Shown: one piece after another, positions 9,723 to 18,973 of the stretch
Layout: each line of letters starts with the position of its first letter
Position numbering within the stretch: the first letter of the stretch is position 1
NCBI GenBank assembly: GCA_023229865.1
Contig: JALNYL010000001.1
Location: 23,008-87,007, forward strand
Direction: 5' to 3'
DNA from: Minisyncoccota bacterium
GTDB lineage: Bacteria; Patescibacteriota; Minisyncoccia; Phycocordibacterales; UBA1550
DNA: 64,000 nt
The notes under the pieces: generated by a model
Database searches by the model: none
Seen by the model: only the letters and a program-made list of their open reading frames with translations
What the model was told of the DNA's origin: nothing
Translations under genes and position numbers: made by a program

Positions 9723-10431
9723 AACAATAAAACACTGGTTCGCAGAAGCGCCACATTTCGAAGGGACGATTGTTGATACTGAGCGTATTGGGTCTCGTAT
9801 TCAAAAAGTAACCATCGCACTCCCTGAGCCAGTCGAAACACCATTCCCTATTGGAAGCTACGTTCAACCGATGACATGGGGGTGTGTACCGCGCGCATAC
9901 TCAGTAGCGCTCGCCGATAAACAATCTTTCACCCTCCTCGTGAGCTTTTCGGGTGGCGGCTGTGGCTCACGTTTTTTCCGTGATGCACAAGATGGCGACA
10001 AGGTGGTTTGCTATGGACCTTATGATGACTTCCCTTATCGTTACCGCACAGGCCGTTCAAAAGTATTTTTTGCAACATCGACAGGAGTCGCGCCCTTTCG
10101 CCGCATGATAGATGAGGCAATAGGAGAAGGTGTCGACGTGGCGCTCTATCTCGGCTCACCAAAGGAGGGGGACGTCGCTTTTAAGGCAGAGCTTGAGGAG
10201 CTTTCGCGCAATAATCCTTCATTCACCTTTTGCCCAACACTTTCAAATCCCGACCCTGACTGGAAGGGCGCGCACGGGTACGTGACCGACCACATCACGC
10301 AAAACCCCGACCTTATGCGTAAGAGCGATGTTTACATTTGCGGGATCCCCCCGATGACCATGGGGGTACTCGCCGCCCTTGAGAAAGTCGGTGTCCCTGA
10401 AAAGCAGATCTTTGTGCAAAAGTTTGGATAA
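9709..10431 (+). CDS. FAD/NAD(P)-binding oxidoreductase, ferredoxin-NADP reductase (FNR) family
   Basis: RAYS, GGCGS, STGVAPF, YICGIPPM motifs. Confidence 0.9.
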   Translation: MSISKTIKHWFAEAPHFEGTIVDTERIGSRIQKVTIALPEPVETPFPIGSYVQPMTWGCVPRAYSVALADKQSFTLLVSFSGGGCGSRFFRDAQDGDKVVCYGPYDDFPYRYRTGRSKVFFATSTGVAPFRRMIDEAIGEGVDVALYLGSPKEGDVAFKAELEELSRNNPSFTFCPTLSNPDPDWKGAHGYVTDHITQNPDLMRKSDVYICGIPPMTMGVLAALEKVGVPEKQIFVQKFG

Positions 10432-10469
10432 ACGTTATAATTTATAAATATCAATTAATACATACTATT

Positions 10470-10940
10470 ATGGGAACACAAGAAGAAGTAATAAACAGAG
10501 GATTGGGAGAAGTACGAAGATATGGAGTCGTAGTGCTTCTTGCACTTCTTCTCTTGAATGGTGTCGTCTTGTGGGCACTCCACTGGGTAGAGAGCAATGA
10601 CCTTCGCACCGAACTCAGCAATTACGCTGCGACGCTCCCCGTCCCTGACATTACCAAGCCAGAACAAACTATAAATCTCCCCGAAGATATCATCGCGCTC
10701 CGAACACAGGGAGAAACTCGTGTTGGTTTTTACGAAACATCTATTGGTGACCAAGATTTTCTTGTTTACTCTGATCCCAACAAGCACTACGTTCTCATGA
10801 AGTCAGAATCAGGGATTCAGCGCGAGACGCGAAGTTTTGCATTTGCTCTCGCAGGGCTCTACCTTGGTGAACTCGTTTTCCTCCTGGGTTGGTGGTTCTT
10901 TATCCGCACAAAAGTTCGCGAAATGTTTGAAGCAATATAA
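10470..10940 (+). CDS. Two-TM membrane protein with an extracytoplasmic loop
   Basis: TM-loop-TM architecture like a sensor input module; no kinase domain. Confidence 0.7.
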   Translation: MGTQEEVINRGLGEVRRYGVVVLLALLLLNGVVLWALHWVESNDLRTELSNYAATLPVPDITKPEQTINLPEDIIALRTQGETRVGFYETSIGDQDFLVYSDPNKHYVLMKSESGIQRETRSFAFALAGLYLGELVFLLGWWFFIRTKVREMFEAI

Positions 10941-10942
10941 TC

Positions 10943-11482
10943 ATGATTTCCTTTCTTTCAAAAAATATTCAGAAATTTCTCGTATTCTTTTTTACGGCTA
11001 TTTCGCTTATTTTGGTTGTGATGGGCGTCTCTCGCATCAAGAAGCCAGTAGTGACCGCTGAGGTGCCACAGCCTGCACCGCAGGCCCCCGTAGACACTCA
11101 GGGAGCGACCACAATCGCAGGAGATAACTACCAAACTCCATGGGGTAGCGCACTTGCTTCGGTGACCGTAAAAGACGGAAAAGTGATCGCCGTTAAAATG
11201 CCTTCTATCCCACCCTCTCCTCCTTCTGTGTACGCAGAGCCATTCCTTGTAGACCAAGCTCTCAAGGCGGGCGGTGCCAATATCCAGGGTGTTTCAGGGG
11301 CGACCTACACAAGCCTCGCTTTCAAATCGTCTCTTGAAAGTGCTATCGCAAAAGCAGCAGCCCAGGGGCAAACCATCACCCCCAATACAACTACTAGTGC
11401 CCAAACAGCAGGAGCAGTAAAACCTTCTGTTCCCCGCCAATACCGTGATGATGACGAAGGAGAGAATGAGTGGGATGATTAA
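10943..11482 (+). CDS. Membrane-anchored FMN-binding (flavinylated) domain protein, one domain
   Basis: N-terminal TM; YQTPWG...VTVKDGKV...IQGVSGATYTS flavinylation motif; acidic tail. Confidence 0.88.
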   Translation: MISFLSKNIQKFLVFFFTAISLILVVMGVSRIKKPVVTAEVPQPAPQAPVDTQGATTIAGDNYQTPWGSALASVTVKDGKVIAVKMPSIPPSPPSVYAEPFLVDQALKAGGANIQGVSGATYTSLAFKSSLESAIAKAAAQGQTITPNTTTSAQTAGAVKPSVPRQYRDDDEGENEWDD

Positions 11483-11559
11483 TGGTGTGAAAGATTTTAG
11501 GACTTCTGCCGTCTTCAATATGGTAAGCCTTTAAAATCTTAATTAATTCAAATTTAACA

Positions 11560-12573
11560 ATGGCATCTTTCCAAAAAAACTTACAGAAATTCTTCGTATA
11601 TTTTTTCACGGGTATTTCTGTGATTATTGTAGTGCTCGGTATTCAGCGTGTTAAACATAGCGACACGCTCGGCACAACCGCGGCTCCTGACGAAGGAGAG
11701 ACTGGGAAGATAGCAAATGGAACAACTCCTTCAAAAACAAGAGTCGCTGGCGCACAAGAGACAATAAGCGCAAACGGCAAAACATTTCAAACCCCTTGGG
11801 GCAATCTCTCGACGCTCATTAAGGTACAAAATGGCAAAATTGTTTCAGTGGAGATCCCTCAGCTCCCCGACTCTCCTCCTTCTCTCGAAGCAAAGAATTA
11901 TCTCATCGATCAGGTTTTGCGTAGTGGAGATGCAAACATTCAGGGTGTTTCAGGAGCGACGATTACAAGCCGCGCATTTAAAGCATCTCTCGAAAGTGCT
12001 TTGGCTCTCGCTGCAACTCAAGGAGGAACAACGACGACAAACACTGCAGCCGCAACTACCGCCACTACCGCAACAAACACAGGAGCTTCAACTCCTGCAC
12101 CAGCTGCAGCAACAACAGTAGCGCAAACAACCACTAACACTACGGGAGTATCAGGTACCTTCACCGGTAACGCATACCAGACTCCGTGGGGCAACGCTGT
12201 CGCGTCGGTGACCTTCACAAATGGCAAGATTACTGCCGTCACAATGCCACAGGTTCCAAACTCACCTCCTTCTGTTCAGGCGAAACAATATCTTATTGAC
12301 CAAGCTCTCGCCGCAGGAAGTGCCAACATCCAGGGGGTATCAGGAGCGACCTACGCAAGTATCGCCTTCAAGTCATCTCTCGAAAGTGCTATCTCGAAGG
12401 CAAGCGCTCAGGGAACCGTATCCGCACCAACACCAAGCGCAGTAGGGACAGCTACACAGCAACCCGCAAAGCCATCAATCTCTCGCACATACCGTGACGA
12501 TGACGAGTACGAAGACGAGGGTCACGACGATGAGCGCGATGAATGGGATGACGATGATGAGTGGGACGACTAA
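11560..12573 (+). CDS. Membrane-anchored FMN-binding protein, two domains
   Basis: Two IQGVSGAT motifs separated by a Thr/Ala linker; paralog of the preceding gene; acidic tail. Confidence 0.88.
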   Translation: MASFQKNLQKFFVYFFTGISVIIVVLGIQRVKHSDTLGTTAAPDEGETGKIANGTTPSKTRVAGAQETISANGKTFQTPWGNLSTLIKVQNGKIVSVEIPQLPDSPPSLEAKNYLIDQVLRSGDANIQGVSGATITSRAFKASLESALALAATQGGTTTTNTAAATTATTATNTGASTPAPAAATTVAQTTTNTTGVSGTFTGNAYQTPWGNAVASVTFTNGKITAVTMPQVPNSPPSVQAKQYLIDQALAAGSANIQGVSGATYASIAFKSSLESAISKASAQGTVSAPTPSAVGTATQQPAKPSISRTYRDDDEYEDEGHDDERDEWDDDDEWDD

Positions 12574-12579
12574 TTACGT

Positions 12580-13503
12580 ATGACAGAACATCGCGTGTTT
12601 CATTCAATGGGGATTCCCGTCCATATCACTATGGTCGGGTTTTCCGCTCAAGACGCCAACCAAGCAACACAAAAAGCGGAAACAATATTTAAAGAATATG
12701 ACTTGCGCTTCAGTCGCTTCAAACCAGAGAGCGAACTCATGGGACTCAATACTAGTAATGGCGCATGGCACAAGGTTTCTGTTGACCTCTTTCGTGTGAT
12801 CAAACGTTGCGTAGCGCTCGCTGCGGAGACTGACGGAGCATTTGACCCATCAGTGGGCGGTGTCCTTGCCTCTTATGGCTACGGACTTCCTGAGCACTTC
12901 GTCCTTCGTGAGCCGATCGCCACATATCGCGACCTTGCGTTTAATGATCGCGAACTCCTCATCCGCCTCGAGCCAGGACAGATCCTTGAGCCTGCTTGCG
13001 TAGTAAAAGGTATGGCGATCGATGTCGCAGGAAAAGCTGTTTTGGAAATGACCGATATCAAGAAGCAGGGGTTTATGATAAATGCAGGGGGAGATATTTT
13101 TACCGCAGGAATTTTTGAAAACAACACTCCCTGGAACATCGCCGTACAGTCACCAGAAAATCCAAACGCGATTGTCGCTGCGGTCGCTCTCCAAAATAGA
13201 GGTATGGCGACATCAGGGACATATCAGACCGGCGGAGAGCACAAAGGGAAGAAGTGGCAACACCTCGTAAATATGAAGTCCCCAGAGAGTGCCCCAGAAA
13301 TCACGAGTGCAACGGTCGTTGCAACGACTTGCGAACAAGCCGATACTGAAGCATCCCTTGCGATACTTTTGTCAAAGACTGATGCTATTGCTCGTCTTGA
13401 ACGTAGTGGACTTCCCTACTTTCTCATCGACAACAAAGGGATGGTACACAAAAATGCAGCGTTTGCAGCGCTCGAAGTTCCTATCGAAAGTGTGATGGAG
13501 TAA
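12580..13503 (+). CDS. apbE: FAD:protein FMN transferase
   Basis: FSRFKPESEL, TDGAFDPSV, KGMAID, INAGGDI, MATSG motifs. Confidence 0.93.
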   Translation: MTEHRVFHSMGIPVHITMVGFSAQDANQATQKAETIFKEYDLRFSRFKPESELMGLNTSNGAWHKVSVDLFRVIKRCVALAAETDGAFDPSVGGVLASYGYGLPEHFVLREPIATYRDLAFNDRELLIRLEPGQILEPACVVKGMAIDVAGKAVLEMTDIKKQGFMINAGGDIFTAGIFENNTPWNIAVQSPENPNAIVAAVALQNRGMATSGTYQTGGEHKGKKWQHLVNMKSPESAPEITSATVVATTCEQADTEASLAILLSKTDAIARLERSGLPYFLIDNKGMVHKNAAFAALEVPIESVME

Positions 13504-13507
13504 AAAG

Positions 13508-13536
13508 AAAAAACCGCTCGATGTCGAGCGGTTTTT
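13508..13536. terminator. Bidirectional terminator
   Basis: AAAAAACCGCTCGATGTCGAGCGGTTTTT. Confidence 0.8.
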
Positions 13537-13554
13537 AGTTTGAAGCAGTGAGGC

Positions 13555-13725
13555 TTACGGGTCCATTTCTTTGAACTCCTTTTTCGCTTCATCGGGATAT
13601 TGGGCACGGACACCGTCGCGGACAGCTGCCAGTGCGGCACGCAGTGCGCAAATGAAATCACCTCCATAACCCAAGATACCGATGATGAGACTTCGCAAAA
13701 CACCCTTACGGTTGCGGATTCCCAT
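13555..13725 (-). CDS. 56-aa hypothetical protein (below the ORF-track cutoff)
   Basis: Very strong SD AAGGAGGAGG then ATG; MGIRNRKGVLRSLIIGILGYGGDFICALRAALAAVRDGVRAQYPDEAKKEFKEMDP; ends just before the terminator. Confidence 0.65.
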   Translation of the reverse strand: MGIRNRKGVLRSLIIGILGYGGDFICALRAALAAVRDGVRAQYPDEAKKEFKEMDP

Positions 13726-13807
13726 GACTTCCTCCTCCTTGTAATGTACCTAAAGGCAATATGACACAGACTCGAAAATTTTGCAAATATCCTTGATATT
13801 ACTGCCT

Positions 13808-13830
13808 TTGCGAAGGGCGGTCCTTCGCAA
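13808..13830. repeat. REP-like palindrome
   Basis: TTGCGAAGG-GCGGT-CCTTCGCAA; no T tract. Confidence 0.5.
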
Positions 13831-13842
13831 GACCCTAATTCA

Positions 13843-14103
13843 CTACTTCTTTTCAGGGGCGCGAACGATGTACATCGTTACCACAACCACAATCGCAGTC
13901 AAAATCGTCGCGTATAAAAACTTTGCGAAAATACCGTTTGCGCTCGTAAGCGGGTAGAAATAATCAATGAGTGCTTTGATGGCTTCGTTCCACGCGAGAC
14001 CGACGACGATACCGAGGCCACCCGCGATGTAGGTCATCGAGCGTTCGCGGACTTCGTGCGTTATCTTCTCCCCTTCGGTTTTAAGTTCATTAAGTGGGTC
14101 CAT
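13843..14103 (-). CDS. Small two-TM protein (DUF5654-like)
   Basis: GLGIVVGLAWNEAIKALI...FLYATILT pattern. Confidence 0.75.
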   Translation of the reverse strand: MDPLNELKTEGEKITHEVRERSMTYIAGGLGIVVGLAWNEAIKALIDYFYPLTSANGIFAKFLYATILTAIVVVVTMYIVRAPEKK

Positions 14104-14107
14104 AATT

Positions 14108-14830
14108 TTAATTTGTTTCTTTTGTGTTAAGTTTATGAATTACGTCTTTGCGCTCTATGACTGCTTCCCATCCTTCCTTCATTGCATGGTCATAAAGTTT
14201 TTTATTAGGATTGAAACAAATCGGCCGCTCAACGATTTCAAGCATCGAAATATCTCCTTCTGTATCACCAACACCCACTGAGCCTTCGAGTGTGAGACCT
14301 TCTTTCTCACACGCACGACGAACGATATTTGCCTTGAGTGCAATGACTGGCTCGTCGACAATATTTCCCGTGAGAAGACCTTGCTCGTCAGTCTCGTAAA
14401 TCCTCCCGTACGTCTTATCAAAACCAACATCATTACAGAAAAAATCGAGCGTTGTCTTTGGCGACTGCGAGATAGCGAGGAGAAAGTAGCCATCTTTCTT
14501 GAGCTCCTTGATGAGCTCCTCGGTGTATTTGTATGTGCGGTGGCGATATCGAGCCACCACGAGCTCAGAGGCACGCTGGAGCTCTGTGTAGGGCATACCT
14601 TTGATGTTTTGCACAAACACCTTCACGACAGCCATAATATACGACTCATAATCCCCTTTGCGCTCAAGCCACTCAACCTTCTCGTCTTCATAATCCTGGC
14701 GTACCGACAAAGGGAAAAGTCCGAGCTCGATAAGCATTTCTACCAGCTCAATAAGGAGCGACGAGCGGAAAATAGTGCCGTCGATGTCGAAAATAGCGAC
14801 CTTGCGAAGTGTTTTTGTGGATTCAGTCAT
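14108..14830 (-). CDS. HAD-superfamily IB phosphatase
   Basis: FDIDGT motif I; GDTEGD motif IV; NPNKKL. Confidence 0.9.
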   Translation of the reverse strand: MTESTKTLRKVAIFDIDGTIFRSSLLIELVEMLIELGLFPLSVRQDYEDEKVEWLERKGDYESYIMAVVKVFVQNIKGMPYTELQRASELVVARYRHRTYKYTEELIKELKKDGYFLLAISQSPKTTLDFFCNDVGFDKTYGRIYETDEQGLLTGNIVDEPVIALKANIVRRACEKEGLTLEGSVGVGDTEGDISMLEIVERPICFNPNKKLYDHAMKEGWEAVIERKDVIHKLNTKETN

Positions 14831-14900
14831 ACGACCATTGTAGCAGAATTTCTAGCATGACAAAAATTAAAACCCGCAGCATTGCGGGTTTTAATTTTTT

Positions 14901-15269
14901 TTACATCATATCGTCCGAATCAGTATTCTCACGCATAACATCTTCATCACCAGAGTCAGGGAGCTCCTCGTCGGGAGCGTACTCATCGCGTGCGCGGAAT
15001 CGGTCTACAAGCTCAAAATCATGCTCTTCGTCCTGCGTAGCTGCATCATCGTATACGAGTGCGAGGTTTTCGTTTTCAAAACGCTCAAAGAATTCCTCCC
15101 AATCCATTTCCTCCATATTTGAATCATTGGGGTCAAATGAGATATGAAGCATATCAGCACTTTCTTCCCCACTTTCCTCGACAGCCCCTTTAAGAACCGC
15201 AGGGACGCCACCGCGCTCTTCTATCCAACCGCGGATTTCATCGTTATCAATTGTGTATGTTATTGCCAT
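14901..15269 (-). CDS. Acidic hypothetical protein (conserved TxDxDEIRxWxEERGG type)
   Basis: TIDNDEIRGWIEERGGVPA...WEEFFERFENENLA. Confidence 0.75.
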   Translation of the reverse strand: MAITYTIDNDEIRGWIEERGGVPAVLKGAVEESGEESADMLHISFDPNDSNMEEMDWEEFFERFENENLALVYDDAATQDEEHDFELVDRFRARDEYAPDEELPDSGDEDVMRENTDSDDMM

Positions 15270-15432
15270 AGTGCTCATTATAATAGCAAACCATCTATTA
15301 TTTTCAAAGAAGAAAAGGGGTTAACAAAAAAGTAGTAATAAGAGTGCGGTCGCACTTTTATTACTACTATTATTTTTATTCGAGGGGAGAGAAACAAAAA
15401 AACCGCCTTCGTTGCCGAAGGCGGTTTATAAA

Positions 15433-15942
15433 TCAATGAGCAGAATTGCTCACTTCGTGGAATGCAGTAAAGTCGAGCTCGCCAGCCACACCCTCCCTGC
15501 GAAACTCTTCAGTGACAGCATCACAGAGCGCTGAGAAGAACCCTTTTATTGCGCGGATACTTGCCACGGTAGAGCGTTTGCGAGAATTAGGATCAGTCGC
15601 AAAGAGTTCGAGGACTTCACTGATAGACAGGATATCTTCATATGACTCAAGCCCTTTATAAATTTTCGGGTGGCATCGTATGAGGCTATAAAACCAGAGC
15701 GCGGCATCGGAACCGTTCAAGACCTGCACCGTGTGAGGGTTGATGCTGTCGCTCTGTGAATAATACAGATTTTCAACAATATCCCTGCAAAGTGCTGAAG
15801 CTTGAGAAAATACTCCGCAATAATTCGATGGGAGCTTCTTCTTTTTAAGAACAAGTTCGAGTCCTAGAGCGGCCTGGTATGCAATGGCCGCAAATCGTAA
15901 ACATTGATGCTGCAACACAAACGGTTGCATCTTTATGCTCAT
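15433..15942 (-). CDS. Hypothetical protein
   Basis: SD GGAGG before ATG 15942; terminator about 15396-15428. Confidence 0.6.
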   Translation of the reverse strand: MSIKMQPFVLQHQCLRFAAIAYQAALGLELVLKKKKLPSNYCGVFSQASALCRDIVENLYYSQSDSINPHTVQVLNGSDAALWFYSLIRCHPKIYKGLESYEDILSISEVLELFATDPNSRKRSTVASIRAIKGFFSALCDAVTEEFRREGVAGELDFTAFHEVSNSAH

Positions 15943-16089
15943 GATTGCCTCCATTTCAATTGACCTGCCAGGGTGAAAACAACAACATTCTTTTCCAATG
16001 CTACGTGAAAATTCCTCAATAATCAAGGTGTAGACAAAAGAAAAAACGCTTCGCCGGGGCCGGCAAAGCGTTTATGAAGGTTGTGTCGG

Positions 16090-16512
16090 TCACTCTTTCG
16101 GCGGAGGGAAAAGTGATTTGATCCCCCAGCGCGAGAAACTCGCCCGCACAACACGATACAAGAAATACAGAGCGATGACGACGTTGCACCAGAGTGCAAC
16201 AGTGACAAACCCTTTGATCATCAGGCCCAGACACGAGAGCGCGAACATTATCAGCCATGCGGCATCAAAGAGTAGCTCGGATGTTTTCGTCTGCGACAAA
16301 GGTCGTTCTTCTCTTTTTACGCGATGTGCCACGGTGTAGAGCCACATCACGAAGCCGAGGAGCATCATTTCGCCATCAAGACTTTTCGTCCCTTCGTAGC
16401 GAAGAGCAACCGCGAGCTCGAAAACAAGAATGACCACAAAGAGCGCAATCAAACTTCCCGCAATAATGATATTGATCAAGTCGCGTTGTTTTCTTTTGGA
16501 ATCGGGGCTCAT
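16090..16512 (-). CDS. Four-TM hypothetical membrane protein
   Basis: Four hydrophobic segments; ATGA overlap with the upstream gene; terminator about 16042-16072. Confidence 0.7.
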   Translation of the reverse strand: MSPDSKRKQRDLINIIIAGSLIALFVVILVFELAVALRYEGTKSLDGEMMLLGFVMWLYTVAHRVKREERPLSQTKTSELLFDAAWLIMFALSCLGLMIKGFVTVALWCNVVIALYFLYRVVRASFSRWGIKSLFPPPKE

Positions 16513-16982
16513 GATGCACCTCTTGTGGGTGGTTCGATTTTGTCAGGACAGTCTGCGTCAGTACGCACTTTTTTCCTACTACGTCGCTCCTGCAAAACAA
16601 CATCGAGGAGCCAGCGAAACAAGATCAGGACATTGGCCCAGAGAACGGGTTGAGGGACTGGTTCCCAAAATGCTCCGAACAGCGAGACAAGAAACAGAGT
16701 AAAACAGATTAATCCATCAAGCTGTCCTAACGGCGTCGAGGGTGAACCACGAGGATTGAGCCCCACCATCATTGACGCCCAGATACTAACGGAAACAAGG
16801 GTCCCCCCAGCAAGCACCGCAACCACCACCGCGACAACCTTGAGGAAGTGCGGTAGGTCAGGCACAATCGCCGCGAGCAACTCGAGAATAAAGAGTACGA
16901 TGATGACGTCGCGGATAATCAGAAACGAGAGACGCTTGTGCAAAGGTATCTTATCCTTTTTAGACGGATATCTGTTTTTCAT
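16509..16982 (-). CDS. Four-TM hypothetical membrane protein (probable paralog of 16090-16512)
   Basis: SD AGGAGG; similar helix layout; LWANV versus LWCNV. Confidence 0.7.
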   Translation of the reverse strand: MKNRYPSKKDKIPLHKRLSFLIIRDVIIVLFILELLAAIVPDLPHFLKVVAVVVAVLAGGTLVSVSIWASMMVGLNPRGSPSTPLGQLDGLICFTLFLVSLFGAFWEPVPQPVLWANVLILFRWLLDVVLQERRSRKKVRTDADCPDKIEPPTRGAS

Positions 16983-17137
16983 AACAAACCCTCCTATAGA
17001 TTTAGACGATGATGAGCCCTCAAAATTCAAAGAGCCAACCTTTGTTCATACTGCCTCTTTGAGTATTTTTTGTCAATTTACACAAAACCACCCCCGAGAA
17101 TTCAGCGAATTCTCGGGGGTGGTTTTTATCCTCGTCT

Positions 17138-18124
17138 TTATTTAAACGTCATTACTCCAGCCACTGGGTCGACATCCATGCCGCTTGGAGTCTCTGTTTC
17201 GATTATGAGTTCTCCCCTGCCGGTGAAATGATATTTCGTCGCACCACGAAGCGCACTCGTAAACTCCCCTTCCTTTGAGTCCACGCATGCCATCATGGTC
17301 GAGATCATCCCCGCACCAAAAGTAATTGTGTCGCCTTTGGCCACATACGGCCCGCCAACATTGTTACAATCAGTCGACGCAGAGAAAGCCTGTGGGCCAA
17401 ACGTAACCTCAAAGCGCGCTGAATCAACGGGCTTCACTTCTGCCCCATTGCTGTACGTCGTCTTTATCCAGTGCCATTTCTGCATACCGAGTGACATTCT
17501 CGCAGGGTCAGCCTCGCCAGGGAAATCCTGCTCAACGATACCAAACTGCATTGTCTTGGGGTCGAGGAGGAGCCAATTGCTCTTGCCGAGAGATGGACGT
17601 GTGGTAAAAGGTTCACCCGGATTCCTTACTGCATAATTTACAACAATGACATTTCCATTACCCATATGCATCGTCTGAGGAGCGATGCGGTCACCGAGGA
17701 GAAACGCATCATTTGTCCCTACGTACCCCTTTTCAGTATTGAGCGCAGCCACGACATAGTAGAAAGTTCCGCTTCCACCCGTCTCTTGAGAGATGAGGAA
17801 AGCCACGTCCTCACGACCGTCAGCATTGAAATCATGAAGAACTTCATTACCAAAGTAGCGCGTAATAATCTTTGAAGCTGAGCCTGGGGCTGCTTCCCCT
17901 TCTGCGACACCATCCTTTAGTGTCACGAGCGCACCATTTACTTTGTATGTTGCATCTTTCTCACTCGTGATCATTCCCACAGACTCAACAGTGTTTGCGG
18001 GTGGAAGTACGGTTGCTCCTCTTTTCCAAATATTCTGTGATGGGCAAAAAACAACATAGATACAAAAAATCGCTACCGCGACAGCCCCCAACCCCGCTAA
18101 ACTCCAAATTATTTTCTTATTCAT
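17138..18124 (-). CDS. Membrane-anchored protein with a C-terminal META (HslJ-like) domain
   Basis: N-terminal TM; DCNNVGGPY...ISTMMAC signature. Confidence 0.8.
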   Translation of the reverse strand: MNKKIIWSLAGLGAVAVAIFCIYVVFCPSQNIWKRGATVLPPANTVESVGMITSEKDATYKVNGALVTLKDGVAEGEAAPGSASKIITRYFGNEVLHDFNADGREDVAFLISQETGGSGTFYYVVAALNTEKGYVGTNDAFLLGDRIAPQTMHMGNGNVIVVNYAVRNPGEPFTTRPSLGKSNWLLLDPKTMQFGIVEQDFPGEADPARMSLGMQKWHWIKTTYSNGAEVKPVDSARFEVTFGPQAFSASTDCNNVGGPYVAKGDTITFGAGMISTMMACVDSKEGEFTSALRGATKYHFTGRGELIIETETPSGMDVDPVAGVMTFK

Positions 18125-18156
18125 ATTGAGAATATTATACCGTACGTCAGAACAAA

Positions 18157-18726
18157 CTAAAACACTCTACCGCTTTTCTTGAGCTCTTTGCGGAGTGAGA
18201 GGTAGTTAGGAATTGCTTGTGCAACAAGGTTCCAGAACTTATGTGAATGGTTGAACTCCTTGAGATGGCAGAGCTCGTGCACGATGATGTAATCAGCGAG
18301 CTCGGGGGGCAGGAGGGCTATCCTGTAGTTGAAATTAAGATTGCCTTTGCGTGAGCAGCTTCCCCACCGTGTCTTCTGATTTTTGATATTTATCTTGTTG
18401 TAGCTGAAGTTGTAAAACGTATTGAAATACTCCAAGCGCGCTCGTGCTTGCACGAGCGCGCGCTCCTTGTACTCTGCGTATTCCTTCGAGCTCCCCTTCT
18501 TCACAAATACTGCACCTGAAAAACTTTTGAAGTGCTCGAGCTTCTCAATGATCCACTGCGATTTCTGGAGGATATATTTCTCAATCATTCCCTCCCCGAT
18601 CCCACGTGGCGCCGTCACCACAAAAGCCCCATCGCAATATATTGCGAGTCGTAACCTCTTCGCCCGCGCACGCACCTTGAGCGTATAAGGGACTTTCTGC
18701 TTTTGAAGTTCAATGTGCTTTAGCAC
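18157..18726 (-). CDS. YgjP/DUF45 (SprT-like) zinc metalloprotein
   Basis: KTRWGSCS, YIIVHELCHL, NHSHKFW. Confidence 0.9.
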   Translation of the reverse strand: MLKHIELQKQKVPYTLKVRARAKRLRLAIYCDGAFVVTAPRGIGEGMIEKYILQKSQWIIEKLEHFKSFSGAVFVKKGSSKEYAEYKERALVQARARLEYFNTFYNFSYNKINIKNQKTRWGSCSRKGNLNFNYRIALLPPELADYIIVHELCHLKEFNHSHKFWNLVAQAIPNYLSLRKELKKSGRVF

Positions 18727-18735
18727 GGAATTTAT

Positions 18736-18939
18736 TTATAAACCTGACCACTCCTTTTCACATTGCGCACAACGCTGGTTACCAGTATGTTCAAAAATCT
18801 CAGTAAATTTGTTTGGTTGGTATATTTTATCATCCTCATCCCAAAAAAATTCATCATCAATAATTGTCTCCACTAATTTACGCTCACTGCCACAAAATTG
18901 ACACGCATATTTAGGAAATATATTTATTTGATTATCCAT
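18736..18939 (-). CDS. Small CxxC...CxxC hypothetical protein
   Basis: CQFC...CAQC; AT-rich; between dpnI-like and YgjP-like genes. Confidence 0.6.
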   Translation of the reverse strand: MDNQINIFPKYACQFCGSERKLVETIIDDEFFWDEDDKIYQPNKFTEIFEHTGNQRCAQCEKEWSGL

Positions 18940-18973
18940 ACCTGATCCTTGATCAAATACAAAAGAAAGTCAA

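Noticed and set aside
12020-12145. Thr/Ala low-complexity tract as a DNA repeat element
   Set aside because: It is a coding linker between FMN-binding domains, with varied codons
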